Source of the DNA: an uncultured Clostridium sp.
GTDB lineage: Bacteria; Bacillota; Clostridia; TANB77; CAG-508
Assembly (NCBI GenBank): GCA_948470875.1
Contig: CAOKQM010000005.1
Coordinates: 1 to 55,128, forward strand
Length of the DNA: 55,128 bases
Reading direction: 5' to 3'
Shown here: positions 40,262 to 51,243 of the stretch, in pieces
Position numbering within the stretch: position 1 is the first letter of the stretch
Layout of the letters: every line of letters starts with the position of its first letter
Program-made: the position numbers and the translations under genes
The notes under the pieces: model-generated
The model's database searches: none
The model's input: only the letters and a program-made list of their open reading frames with translations
Told to the model about the DNA's origin: nothing

Positions 40262-42004
40262 ATGGATAAAAAAGCAGTTTTCAAAGAAAATATTTTTTTG
40301 TGGTATCAGTTCAAAGAAAATGCTAATGGAATTGTGTATGCACAAGAAAAAGAATATGTTGATTTTTTAAGTCAAAAAATCAAGATTGTGTCAGAGCAAA
40401 CACAAGAAAAGATAGATTATATTATCTTTGTGGGAGAAACATCTGTTGTTTCCAAAATTGAAAATTTGGAGTCTAAGCTAACAGAGGACACCAAAATTAT
40501 TGTGATTGGTGAAAATGAGTTATCCGCTAAAAATATTTCAGCTTATCCAAAAGTAGAAGAAATTTTAAAAAAGGACAAAATAAATACCATTTCGGATTTA
40601 GAAAAACAAATGCAAAAATTTGGGTTTTTATATCGAAATTTGTATTATGCGTTCACCAATTATGATTTTGTGGATATTCTTTTTGAAGAAAATTATGAAG
40701 TTGTTCCAGAGCAAATGAACAAGTACATTCCAGATGTGAAAAAGGTAGAAGTACAAATATTTCATGAAATCGAATTTTTGAAAAAAATCATTCAAATAGA
40801 CAAAAACTTGCTGAAAATTTTTGCGAATAGTTTTTTTCTAGAATTTTCGAAAAACCAAGAAAAACAGGATGTACAATTTGTATCTTTTAATAATATGAGA
40901 AAAGAAGAATATCGCTTGATGACAGTCATTCGAAGTGGAATTGTCGAAAAAATTCCAGTGAATGCAAAAGCTGCTAAACATCTTGAAAATATGCAAAAAA
41001 ATATTGAAATATTGAAAAAGCAAAATATTCATCTTTTGGATTACACCGAAAAAAATGGAAAATGTTATAGTAAACTGGTTAAAAATAAAGCTACCTTAGA
41101 TACGATTTTGGCGCAAAATGCGAATGATTTAGAGTTTGTGGTAGCAGCTTTTAATAAAATAAGAAAAGTTCTTGAAAATCAAGCAATTGCGTATCAAGAG
41201 AAAATGGAAGAGAGCTTGAGCGAATATGAAATTGATAGCAATCAACTGAAGAATTTGAAATTTTTAGAGCATGCTTTTGTGGATTTTGTGCCCAAAAACT
41301 GTTTTGAAATTGACCAAGAATATTACTTTTTTGACCAGGAATGGAAGCGAAGTTTTTTGCCAGTTGAATTTATTCTTTATCGCTCCATTATCAATTGTTA
41401 TGATTTGGTGCGAAAAATTAATATTAATGAATTGTATGAAAAACTGAAATTAACTGAATTTATTGAGATATTTGAAAAAATCAATGAAAAGATTATGACC
41501 GATATTTTAGATTTGGAATTGTATGAAGAAATTGATGGCAAAGCCAAAACTGTCAAAAAAGTGGACAATATTATCAATGAAAGAAAAATTGCACTTAGCC
41601 AGATTTCTGATTTTGAAAAAGAAGATTTGAATAAAACACAAGTGATTGAAAATTTTAATCAAGAACAAATCAAAATAAATCAAATCATGGAAGATTTGAG
41701 AAAAGAGGAAATGAAAAAAGCGCAAGTCATTGAAGACTTTATCCAAGAGCAGGCAAAAAAAGAGCGAATAATAGATGAATTAAAACAAGAAGAAAAAAAG
41801 AAAGAAAATTATATTCGAGTTTTAGAAAATATAAAAACGGAAAAAGAAAATGAAATCCAAAATTTAAGTAAAATCAATCAAGAAAAAGATGAGATAATTC
41901 AGCAATTAAATGAAAAGATGAAGCTCAAAGAAAACCAGATTGAGATTTACGAAAATATGAAAGCCGTTAAATTAGTCAAAAAATTGAGAGGAAGAAAAAA
42001 ATGA
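40262..42004 (+). CDS. Cluster protein: degenerate methyltransferase-like N-region plus a long Glu/Lys coiled coil and basic tail
   Basis: 580-aa ORF. Shares the FANSFFLEFSK motif with ANSFFVEACAK of the 38365 methyltransferase but lacks a GxGxG motif. The last roughly 150 aa are heptad-like and end YENMKAVKLVKKLRGRKK. Confidence 0.5.
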   Translation: MDKKAVFKENIFLWYQFKENANGIVYAQEKEYVDFLSQKIKIVSEQTQEKIDYIIFVGETSVVSKIENLESKLTEDTKIIVIGENELSAKNISAYPKVEEILKKDKINTISDLEKQMQKFGFLYRNLYYAFTNYDFVDILFEENYEVVPEQMNKYIPDVKKVEVQIFHEIEFLKKIIQIDKNLLKIFANSFFLEFSKNQEKQDVQFVSFNNMRKEEYRLMTVIRSGIVEKIPVNAKAAKHLENMQKNIEILKKQNIHLLDYTEKNGKCYSKLVKNKATLDTILAQNANDLEFVVAAFNKIRKVLENQAIAYQEKMEESLSEYEIDSNQLKNLKFLEHAFVDFVPKNCFEIDQEYYFFDQEWKRSFLPVEFILYRSIINCYDLVRKININELYEKLKLTEFIEIFEKINEKIMTDILDLELYEEIDGKAKTVKKVDNIINERKIALSQISDFEKEDLNKTQVIENFNQEQIKINQIMEDLRKEEMKKAQVIEDFIQEQAKKERIIDELKQEEKKKENYIRVLENIKTEKENEIQNLSKINQEKDEIIQQLNEKMKLKENQIEIYENMKAVKLVKKLRGRKK

Positions 42005-43721
42005 ATACAGACCAGAAAATGAAAATTTATCATTTTTTAGATAAACATCCTAAAATCAAAACAACTTTGGTTGCACCATATCGAAAAATCATGAAAAAAT
42101 ATACCACTCATGATGAAAAAGATTACAATCAGTGGATTATTCAAAATGAGCCAACTGCTCGAGAACTTGCCAAACAAAGAAAACACAAATTTGCATATCA
42201 GCCAAAAATCAGTATTGTGATTCCTTTGTACAATACCAAAGAATATTTTTTCAAAGAAATTGTGGAATGTTTAAAAAAGCAAACTTATTCGAATTGGGAA
42301 TTGTGTTTGGCAGATGGTAGTCCAGAACCAATAAAATATGTTGCAAAATATTTGAAAGATAAACGTATTAAATATGAGATAATTGGCGAAAATAAAGGCA
42401 TTTCTGGAAACACAAATGAAGCCATAAAACTTGCAACTGGTGATTACATCGGGCTTCTTGACCATGATGATTTGCTGCCACGATTTTCTCTTTATGAAGT
42501 TGTAAAAGCCATTAATGAAAATCCAGAAACCGAATTTTTGTATTCAGATGAAGATCGTATTGAAGGCGAATTTCACAAACGATATGGCGTATTTTTCAAA
42601 CCAGATTTTTCAAAATATACGCTCCGAAGTGCTAATTATATTTGTCATTTTTGTGTATTCAAAAAAGAATTAATGGAAAAATTGCGGTGGAGAAAATCCA
42701 GAATATGACGGCAGTCAGGATTTTGATATTGCCATTCGAGCGTCTGAGTTAACCAATCAAATTTATCATATTCCAAAAGTATTGTATCATTGGCGCGTTC
42801 ATCAAGAATCCACAGCAGGAAATACGGATTCCAAACCATATGCTTATGAAATTGCCAAAAAAGTCATTAAAGACCATTTAAAACGTACAGGAATTGATGT
42901 TCAAGTAACCGATGGTTTGACGCCAGGAAGTTATGATTTGAAATATTTGGTTAATGGAAATCCAAAAGTTTCTGTGATAATAGATGCAAGAGAAGTTGAA
43001 CCATCAAAGGAATTTGTGGAAAAAATCAAGGCAAGTTTTACTTATCCAAACACAGAAATCATTGTGATTTCAGAAAAAAGTGAAATACCAAATGTGAAAA
43101 TTGTTAAACCAGATAAAAATATTTTAAAACAGTACAATCAAATAATTAGCAATTTGGATTCTGATTATTTTGTGATAATCGATGACCAATTTGTCGAAAT
43201 TCAAAATCAAGATTGGATTCAAGAGTTGGTTGGAATTGCGCAAAATGAGGATGTTGGAATTGTAGGAAGCAAGCTTTACAATGCGCAAAAACAAGTCGAA
43301 CATTGTGGGATTATTTTAGGTATGAATGGGGCAGGAGATTTGCTTTACAAAGGTGCGCCAAAAGATATTGGAACCTATATGCAACGTTTGAAAATCATTC
43401 ATAATGTAAGTGCAGTTTATTATCGTTATGCAATGATTGATACAAAAGCTTGCCAAGCTGTTCGGAAGTTTTAAGGATGATTATACAGGAGGACTTCTGG
43501 CTAGTCTTGATATTGGCTTAAAAATGCTAAAAAGTGGACAACAAATTGTTATCAATCCATTGGTGGAGTTTGAAGTGAAGGGTTTGCGTGAAAGCGATAA
43601 AAATCCAGAACAGGAAATTCAGTTTAAAAATGAATGGAAACAAGAAATGGAAAAAGGGGATCGATTTTTTAGCCCTAATTTAAGCAAAACCAATCCTGGT
43701 TTATCAATTAACATAAAATAA
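42001..43721 (+). CDS. Two-module family 2 glycosyltransferase; one polypeptide with +1 at CGG 42685 and 43463
   Basis: Track ORFs 42001-42708, 42782-43474 and 43437-43721. ISIVIPLYNT, LLDHDD and HIPKVLYHWR, as in the paralogues at 49387 and 51244. ATGA overlap with the upstream stop. Confidence 0.75.
42685..42688 (+). other. In-frame CGG(T) +1 recoding site 14
   Basis: aaa ttg CGG tgg aga; skipping the C gives MEKL-G-GENPEYDGSQDFDIAIRASE...HIPKVLYHWR. The paralogue at 50091-50099 has ctt ggc gga (KLGGFRAEFDGAQDYD). Confidence 0.85.
43463..43466 (+). other. In-frame CGG(A) +1 recoding site 15
   Basis: gct gtt CGG aag ttt taa; skipping the C gives KACQAV-G-SFKDDYTGG. The paralogue has gaa gtt ggt ttt (EEVGFMDE) near 52750. 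Confidence 0.85.
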
Positions 43722-43753
43722 TTGAGATGCAACGTTTTTGGTTTGTTCATCTC

Positions 43754-44736
43754 AAAGAAAGGAACATAAAATGCGAAAAGTAGATATCATAGTGCCAATC
43801 TATAATGCATATCAGTTTACAGAAGAATGCATAAAAAGTGTGATAAAACACACGGATTTGAGTAAACATAATTTGTTATTAATCAATGACAAAAGTCCAG
43901 ATGAAAAGATTTTGCCAATGCTGAAAAAATATGAGCAAGAAAATCCAGAAAAAAAAATTATTGTGTTAAAAAATGAAGAAAATATGGGATTTGTCAAAAG
44001 TGTGAACAAAGGAATGAGCTATTCGGAAAATGACGTAATTTTGCTAAATAGCGACACAGAAGTAACGAAAAACTGGCTAGAAAAAATGCTAGATTGTGCG
44101 TACCAAAATGAATATATAGCAACAGTTACGCCGCTAACGAATAATGGAACGATAGCGTCAGTTCCGAATTTTGGAATGGACAACGAATTGCCCGCCAATA
44201 TGACATTAGATGAATATGCTCAAATGATTGAAACCTGTTCGTTAAATCGTTTTCCAGAATTGACAACTGCCAACGGATTTTGCATGTTTATAAAAAGAAG
44301 TGCGATAAAGGAAATAGGGCTTTTTGATGATGAGACATTTGGGAAAGGATATGGAGAAGAAAATGATTTTTGCTATCGAGCATTAAATCGAGGATACATT
44401 CATCTATTGTGTGATAACACGTTTGTATATCATAAAGGAACTCAGTCATTTAAAAAGGAAAATATGACAAAAGACAGGCTGACATTGGTGGAAGAACACA
44501 TGGAGAAACTACGCAAAAAACATGAAGTTTATGTGAATAAAACAGACCATTATTTACAGGTAAATCCAGCCCAAGATGTGCAAGAAAATATTCGAATAAA
44601 TGTTGCACTGTATGGCAAAAAACGTATTTTATTTTTAGTGAATGAATGGGAAGAAAACATGGAAATGACAGGTGGCGCGTCACTTCATTTAAAAGACATC
44701 ATTCAGAAAATGCGTCAAAAAGATGCATGTTTTGTT
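43754..44736 (+). repeat. 983-bp segment identical to 46122-47104 (copy 1)
   Basis: Covers the RBS plus codons 1-322 of the GT2 module. The translated products and both antisense track ORFs (65 aa and 77 aa) are letter-identical between copies. Offset 2368 bp. Confidence 0.9.
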
Positions 44737-46137
44737 TTGAGTCCAGAAAGACAAGATTTGTCAACTCTAAATTTGTATTTGTATACAGAAAATTGTGCCA
44801 AATTGCTATATCAGTTTAAAACAGATATCAATTTGTATGGACAAGTGGTTTATTATAATCATACCTATCATGAAATAGTGGAGCGATTATTTGAAATTTT
44901 TCAATTTGACATTCTTCATGTGCAGCATTTTTTATTTCAGCCATTTGATGTTATCAATATTGCCAAAGAACATGGTACTTATGCGATTGCAACTTTGCAT
45001 GATTTATACTTATTATGTCCATCGATTAACATGGTTTATGATGGCAAATATTGTGAGGAAATACAGCCAGAAAATTGCCAAAAATGTTTTGTCAAAAAAC
45101 ATAAAATTACAGAAAATATTCTAGAAAATTGGCGAAAAAATGCATATGAAACATTAAGAAAATTTGACCAAATCATTGTGCCATCTGAAAATACTAAAAA
45201 CTTATTTTTAAGTACATATCCAGATTTGAAAATGGATGTTATTGAACATGGAATTGACATAACAGAAGTAAAGTTGCCTCCAAAAACCCCAAAAGATACA
45301 TTTGATATTGCTTTTGTTGGGGTTATGGCAAGACACAAAGGAAGCGAAATTTTTAAAGAATTGCTAGAAAAAAATCAAAATTTGCAGCTAAGATTCCATT
45401 TTTTTGGAAAAAGGCTAGAAGAAAAACTGCAAGAAACTGCTAAAAAATGTGTAAATCATGGTTCATATGATCGAAAAGAATTGCCACAAAAATTGCTGGA
45501 ACATCAAATTGATTTAGTTTGTATGTTTTCTGTGTGTCCAGAAACATATTCGTATACATTAAGTGAAACATTTATGGCGAAAATTCCAGTATTAGCTTAT
45601 GATTTAGGTGCAATTGCTGACCGAATTAAAAAAGATAAATTAGGTTGGTTGCTAAATCCAAAAGCTACGCCAGATGAAATTTTAGCAAAAATCAATCAAA
45701 TAAAAGAAGATAAGACAGATTATGAAAACATAAAAGCAAATTTTGAGCAGTATTCTTTAAAAACGGTGCATCAAATGCAAGAGGAGTATGAAAAAATTTA
45801 TGCTCAGATTCCAAGGAAATCTTCGGATTGTATAAAAATAGAAAATCTGAAACATTGTGAAAGTGAGCAAAATAAAATGTATGAAAAACAATTGAAATTA
45901 GAAGATAAGAAAAAAGAGAAATACATTCAAGAAATTGAAATGCGCAATCGAGATTTCCAAGCAGAAGAAAAACGAAAAATAGCTTATATCAAGGCATTAG
46001 AGCTTGTAAATGCGCAAAAAAAGCAAGAAATTGAATTTTTGAAACAAACATTACAGACCCAAAATGACACAATTCGCTATTATGAAAATATGCGTGTTAT
46101 GAAATTCATTAAAAATTTTAAAAAGAAAGGAACATAA
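43771..46137 (+). CDS. Bifunctional glycosyltransferase: N-terminal GT2, C-terminal GT4-like, coiled-coil basic tail
   Basis: Start ATG 43771 (MRKVDIIVPIYNAY). GT2 motif LLNSDTEV. GT4 motifs FVGVMARHKGSE and PETYSYTLSE. Tail ends YYENMRVMKFIKNFKKKGT. Confidence 0.8.
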   Translation: MRKVDIIVPIYNAYQFTEECIKSVIKHTDLSKHNLLLINDKSPDEKILPMLKKYEQENPEKKIIVLKNEENMGFVKSVNKGMSYSENDVILLNSDTEVTKNWLEKMLDCAYQNEYIATVTPLTNNGTIASVPNFGMDNELPANMTLDEYAQMIETCSLNRFPELTTANGFCMFIKRSAIKEIGLFDDETFGKGYGEENDFCYRALNRGYIHLLCDNTFVYHKGTQSFKKENMTKDRLTLVEEHMEKLRKKHEVYVNKTDHYLQVNPAQDVQENIRINVALYGKKRILFLVNEWEENMEMTGGASLHLKDIIQKMRQKDACFVLSPERQDLSTLNLYLYTENCAKLLYQFKTDINLYGQVVYYNHTYHEIVERLFEIFQFDILHVQHFLFQPFDVINIAKEHGTYAIATLHDLYLLCPSINMVYDGKYCEEIQPENCQKCFVKKHKITENILENWRKNAYETLRKFDQIIVPSENTKNLFLSTYPDLKMDVIEHGIDITEVKLPPKTPKDTFDIAFVGVMARHKGSEIFKELLEKNQNLQLRFHFFGKRLEEKLQETAKKCVNHGSYDRKELPQKLLEHQIDLVCMFSVCPETYSYTLSETFMAKIPVLAYDLGAIADRIKKDKLGWLLNPKATPDEILAKINQIKEDKTDYENIKANFEQYSLKTVHQMQEEYEKIYAQIPRKSSDCIKIENLKHCESEQNKMYEKQLKLEDKKKEKYIQEIEMRNRDFQAEEKRKIAYIKALELVNAQKKQEIEFLKQTLQTQNDTIRYYENMRVMKFIKNFKKKGT

Positions 46138-47104
46138 AATGCGAAAAGTAGATATCATAGTGCCAATCTATAATGCATATCAGTTTACAGAAGAATGCAT
46201 AAAAAGTGTGATAAAACACACGGATTTGAGTAAACATAATTTGTTATTAATCAATGACAAAAGTCCAGATGAAAAGATTTTGCCAATGCTGAAAAAATAT
46301 GAGCAAGAAAATCCAGAAAAAAAAATTATTGTGTTAAAAAATGAAGAAAATATGGGATTTGTCAAAAGTGTGAACAAAGGAATGAGCTATTCGGAAAATG
46401 ACGTAATTTTGCTAAATAGCGACACAGAAGTAACGAAAAACTGGCTAGAAAAAATGCTAGATTGTGCGTACCAAAATGAATATATAGCAACAGTTACGCC
46501 GCTAACGAATAATGGAACGATAGCGTCAGTTCCGAATTTTGGAATGGACAACGAATTGCCCGCCAATATGACATTAGATGAATATGCTCAAATGATTGAA
46601 ACCTGTTCGTTAAATCGTTTTCCAGAATTGACAACTGCCAACGGATTTTGCATGTTTATAAAAAGAAGTGCGATAAAGGAAATAGGGCTTTTTGATGATG
46701 AGACATTTGGGAAAGGATATGGAGAAGAAAATGATTTTTGCTATCGAGCATTAAATCGAGGATACATTCATCTATTGTGTGATAACACGTTTGTATATCA
46801 TAAAGGAACTCAGTCATTTAAAAAGGAAAATATGACAAAAGACAGGCTGACATTGGTGGAAGAACACATGGAGAAACTACGCAAAAAACATGAAGTTTAT
46901 GTGAATAAAACAGACCATTATTTACAGGTAAATCCAGCCCAAGATGTGCAAGAAAATATTCGAATAAATGTTGCACTGTATGGCAAAAAACGTATTTTAT
47001 TTTTAGTGAATGAATGGGAAGAAAACATGGAAATGACAGGTGGCGCGTCACTTCATTTAAAAGACATCATTCAGAAAATGCGTCAAAAAGATGCATGTTT
47101 TGTT
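46122..47104 (+). repeat. 983-bp segment identical to 43754-44736 (copy 2)
   Basis: Identity ends after ...GATGCATGTTTTGTT. Copy 1 then reads TTGAGTCC and copy 2 reads GTCTGCCC. Confidence 0.9.
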
Positions 47105-48410
47105 GTCTGCCCAGACAAAAATGATTTATCCAGATTTCAAGTTTATTTATACACAGAAAAAATAGGGCGAATTTTATATAATGTAAAAACCGAACTTGGT
47201 ATGTATGGACAACTTACTTTTCATGAGCAAAGTTATTACAATGTTTTGGAAAGATTATTCGAAAGTTTTCATTTTGACATCGTACATGTTCACCACTTTT
47301 TGTTCCAAACATTTGATGTAGCTCAAATTGCCGAAAAATATCAAGCTTACATGATTGCAACTTTGCATGATTTATATTTATTGTGTCCATCGATTAACAT
47401 GATTCACGACGGCAAATTTTGCAGTGAAATTTATCCAGAAAAATGCACCAAATGTTTTAATGAAAAGCATAAAATCACAGAAAATGTTTTGGATAATTGG
47501 CGAGAAAATGTACACAAAATTTTACAAAAATTTAACCAAATAATTGCTCCTTCTGAAAATACTAAAAACTTATTTTTAAGTACGTATCCAGATTTGAAAA
47601 TCGATGTTGTAGAACATGGCGTGGAAGTTTTGGAAATACAAGAACCGAAGAAAACGAAAAAAAACACGTTTGATGTTGCTTTTGTTGGGGCTATGGCAAG
47701 ACACAAAGGAAGCGAAATTTTGAAAAAATTAGTGGAACAAAACACAAATCCAAATTTAAAAATTCACCTTTTTGGTAAAACATTTGATGAAATATTAGAA
47801 AACGAAACAGAAAATTATTATTTTCATGGTTCTTATAAAAGGGGACAATTGCCAACATTACTAAAGGAAAATAATATTGATTTAGTTTGCATGTTTACTA
47901 TTTGGCCAGAAACATATTCGTATACTTTAACGGAAAGTTATATGGCTGAAATCCCAGTATTGGCTTATGATATTGGTGCTATTGCAGATCGCCTAAAACA
48001 CGATAAACTTCGGTTGGGTGCTTCCAATAGACAGTTCGCCTCAAACAATTTTAGAAAAAATAGAAGACATTAAAAATCAAAAACAAGCTTATCAAGAAGT
48101 CAAAAATAATTTCAAACAATATGAATTTAAAACCGTAGAAAAAATGCAAGAAGAATATTTCCGAATTTATGAAAATAGTGGAAAAATAAAAAATGCAAGT
48201 GTTCACACAAATCCAATGGACCTTTTGCAACAAAAAACCGATGTTTATGATTTGCGTGTCACACTGATTAACACAAATGCTGAGTTAAATCTTTTAAGAG
48301 ATTTTAAAAATAGATATAATTTTTTAGTTGAGCGATTCCAGAAAAAGCAAAATACAAAATGGTGGCAAACTGCCAAAAAAATAAAAGGATTTTTGAAAGG
48401 AAAGAAATGA
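46139..48410 (+). CDS. Paralogous bifunctional GT2-GT4 glycosyltransferase; one polypeptide if +1 at CGG 48011
   Basis: Track ORFs 46139-48073 and 48018-48410. N-terminal 322 aa are identical to the upstream gene. The GT4 half is diverged (FVGAMARHKGSE, PETYSYTLTE). Confidence 0.75.
48011..48014 (+). other. In-frame CGG(T) +1 recoding site 16
   Basis: aaa ctt CGG ttg ggt; skipping the C gives KHDKL-G-WVLPIDSSPQTILEKIEDIK. Copy 1 has aaa tta ggt tgg (KKDKLGWLLNPKATPDEILAKINQIK) at the homologous position. Confidence 0.9.
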
Positions 48411-49339
48411 AAAAAATATCTGTCATTATTCCGATGTATTGTGAAGAAAAAATAATAGAAGAATGTTACACAAGGTTAACAAATGTGCTTCGAAAAATTG
48501 AACAGTATGAATACGAAATGATTTTTATAAATGATGGAAGCAAAGATAAAACCCTAGAGCTATTAATCGAATTTGCAAATCAAGATGTACACGTAAAAAT
48601 CATTTCATTTTCCAGAAATTTTGGACATCAAGCAGCCGTTACAGCAGGATTAAAATATGCAACAGGTGACGCGATTGTAATTATCGACTCTGATTTACAA
48701 GATCCACCAGAAGTCATTCCAGAAATGTTAACTTTATGGGAAAATGGAAATGATGTGATTTATGGAAAACGTAAAAAAAGAAAGGGCGAATCTGGCTTCA
48801 AATTACTCACAGCCAAGCTATTTTATAACACGTTAAATGCACTTTCAGAAACAGAAATTCCCAAAGATACAGGCGATTTTCGCTTGGTAGATAGAAGGGT
48901 TGTGGATTGTATTAATTTGCTTCCAGAACACAATAAATTCTTGCGAGGTTTATTTAGTTGGGTTGGCTACAAGCAAATTCCGTACGAATATGAAAGACAG
49001 GAACGCTTTGCAGGAACCACAAAATATCCATTTGGCAAAATGGTAAAACTTGCCAGTGATGGAATTTTAAGCTTTTCTACCAAACCACTCAAATTAGTGG
49101 GAATTCTTGGTATGATTTCACTCATTATTTCATTTGCTATTTTGCTTTGTGCCATATTTTCGTTTATTTTCAAATGGAATTCCTTAATGCCAGGTTGGAC
49201 ATCCATTATGCTAACTGTCACATTTTTTGCTGGTGTGCAATTATTGTCTATCTGGATTATGTCAGAATACATTGCTAGAATTTATGACGAAAGTCGTGCT
49301 AGACCACAATACATCATTGATAAAACCTACAATATTTAA
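48407..49339 (+). CDS. Polyisoprenyl-phosphate glycosyltransferase (GtrB/CsbB-like GT2 with two C-terminal TMs)
   Basis: ATG 48407 overlaps the upstream TGA (ATGA). ISVIIPMYCEE, IIDSDLQDPPE, and two C-terminal hydrophobic helices. Confidence 0.85.
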   Translation: MKKISVIIPMYCEEKIIEECYTRLTNVLRKIEQYEYEMIFINDGSKDKTLELLIEFANQDVHVKIISFSRNFGHQAAVTAGLKYATGDAIVIIDSDLQDPPEVIPEMLTLWENGNDVIYGKRKKRKGESGFKLLTAKLFYNTLNALSETEIPKDTGDFRLVDRRVVDCINLLPEHNKFLRGLFSWVGYKQIPYEYERQERFAGTTKYPFGKMVKLASDGILSFSTKPLKLVGILGMISLIISFAILLCAIFSFIFKWNSLMPGWTSIMLTVTFFAGVQLLSIWIMSEYIARIYDESRARPQYIIDKTYNI

Positions 49340-49386
49340 TAAAAATCTGTAAAGGAAACTCAATTGTCAAATAAAAGGAGAAAAAA

Positions 49387-51229
49387 ATGATTGATACCCA
49401 CCATATCAAAAATCAAATTAAATTTTATGTAAAAAAATATGGATTTTTCAAAACTGTTTGGAAATGCCTAACAGTTGGAATACGCAAAATATTTCGCATT
49501 TTAAAAGGAGAGCGAGATGTAAATTATGGAGATTATGGTGACTGGATTCATGCAAACGAAGTGCGTGATTGGGAAATCAAAGCACAAATTAAAAAGAAAT
49601 TTAAAAACAGTCCCAAAATTAGTTTGATTGTGCCAATGTATAATACCAAAGAAAAGTTTCTAAAAGAATTGGTTGATTCTGTGATAAAGCAAACTTACTC
49701 AAATTGGGAACTTTGTTTAAGTGATGGAAGTCCTAAGCAAAATCAAAAATTGCAAAAAATAATCGAAAAAGATACACGCATTAAATATCAATTTTTAAAC
49801 CAAGAAAAAGGCATTTCCGAAAATTCAAATGAAGCCATCCAAATGGCAACAGGCGACTACATTGCGCTTCTTGACCATGATGACACTTTAGCTAAATATG
49901 CTTTATATGAAGTTGTCAAAACCATTAATAAACATCCCAATAGCGAATTTATCTATTCTGATGAAGACAAAATCGACCAAAATGGTAATCGCTCAGATGC
50001 TTATTTCAAGCCAGAATTTGCACCAGATACATTACGTTGCCAAAATTATATTTGCCATTTTAGTGTTTTTAAAAAAGAATTAATGGATAAACTTGGCGGA
50101 TTTCGTGCCGAATTTGACGGCGCACAAGATTATGACATTTTCTTGCGCATGTCCGAAATCGTAAAACCAGAAAATATCCAGCATATTCCACGCATTTTGT
50201 ATCATTGGCGTATTCACAAAGGTTCGACTGCTATGGAAAATAGTGATGCCAAAAATTATGCTTTTGAAAATGGCATAAAGGCTTTAGAAGCGCATTTGCA
50301 AAGAATGGGGTTGGAAGGAAAAGTTTCCAAAGGTTGCATGAATGGAATTTATCGAATTGATTACAAAATCAAAGCAGAGCCTAAAATTTCAATTATCATT
50401 CCAAATAAAGATGGCAAAGAAACGTTGCAAGTTTGCGTAAATTCTGTTTTAGAGAAAACGACATATACGAATTATGAAATCATCATTGTGGAAAACAATA
50501 GTGAAACAGACGAAATTTTTGATTATTATCAAGAGCTTGAAAAAAATGAGAAAATCAAAGTGATAAGGTATCCAAAAACTGGTTTTAATTATTCTGGAAT
50601 CATTAATTTTGGTGTCCAAAATTGTACAGGAGATTATGTCATTCAGTTGAATAATGATACGGAATTGCTAACGCCAAATTGGCTAGAAATCATGTTGGGA
50701 TTTTGCCAAAGAGACGATGTTGGAGCAGTTCGGTGTAAAACTATATTATCCAGATGAAACCATTCAGCATGCTGGCATTATTGTAGGGTTAGGTGGTGTT
50801 GCAGGAAATCGTTTCAAAAGCATTCCTAAAAATGGACATGGCTATTTTGCGCAAGAAAGTATGATTCAGAATTTAAGTGCTGTTACAGCTGCGTGTATTA
50901 TGACTCCACGAAAAATTTACGATGAAGTTGACTATATGGACGAAACATTAGCTGTTGCCTTTAATGATGTCGATTTTTGCTTAAAAATACGTGAAAAAGG
51001 CTATTTAATTGTTTACAATCCATTTGTTGAATTTGTGCACTATGAATCCAAAAGTAGAGGCGAAGAAAATACGCCAGAAAAAATCAAGCGTTTTCAAGGT
51101 GAAATCAATACATTCAAAGAAAAATGGCAAGATTTTTTAGACAAAGGAGATCCATATTATAATGTCAATTTGAGCTTAGATACCGAAGTTTATCACATGA
51201 AGAAATGTAGAATTAATCATGAAAAATAA
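49387..51229 (+). CDS. Two-module family 2 glycosyltransferase; one polypeptide if +1 at CGG 50731
   Basis: Track ORFs 49387-50757 and 50717-51229. ISLIVPMYNT, LLDHDD, HIPRILYHWR. Second module ISIIIPNKDG ... NNDTELL ... FNDVDFCLK. Confidence 0.8.
50731..50734 (+). other. In-frame CGG(T) +1 recoding site 17
   Basis: gca gtt CGG tgt aaa; skipping the C gives DDVGAV-G-VKLYYPDETIQHAGIIVG. The paralogue at 52551-52570 has gca gtt gga gca (IGAVGARLYYSDKSIQHAGIACG). Confidence 0.9.
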
Positions 51230-51243
51230 AGGGGAAATATAGG

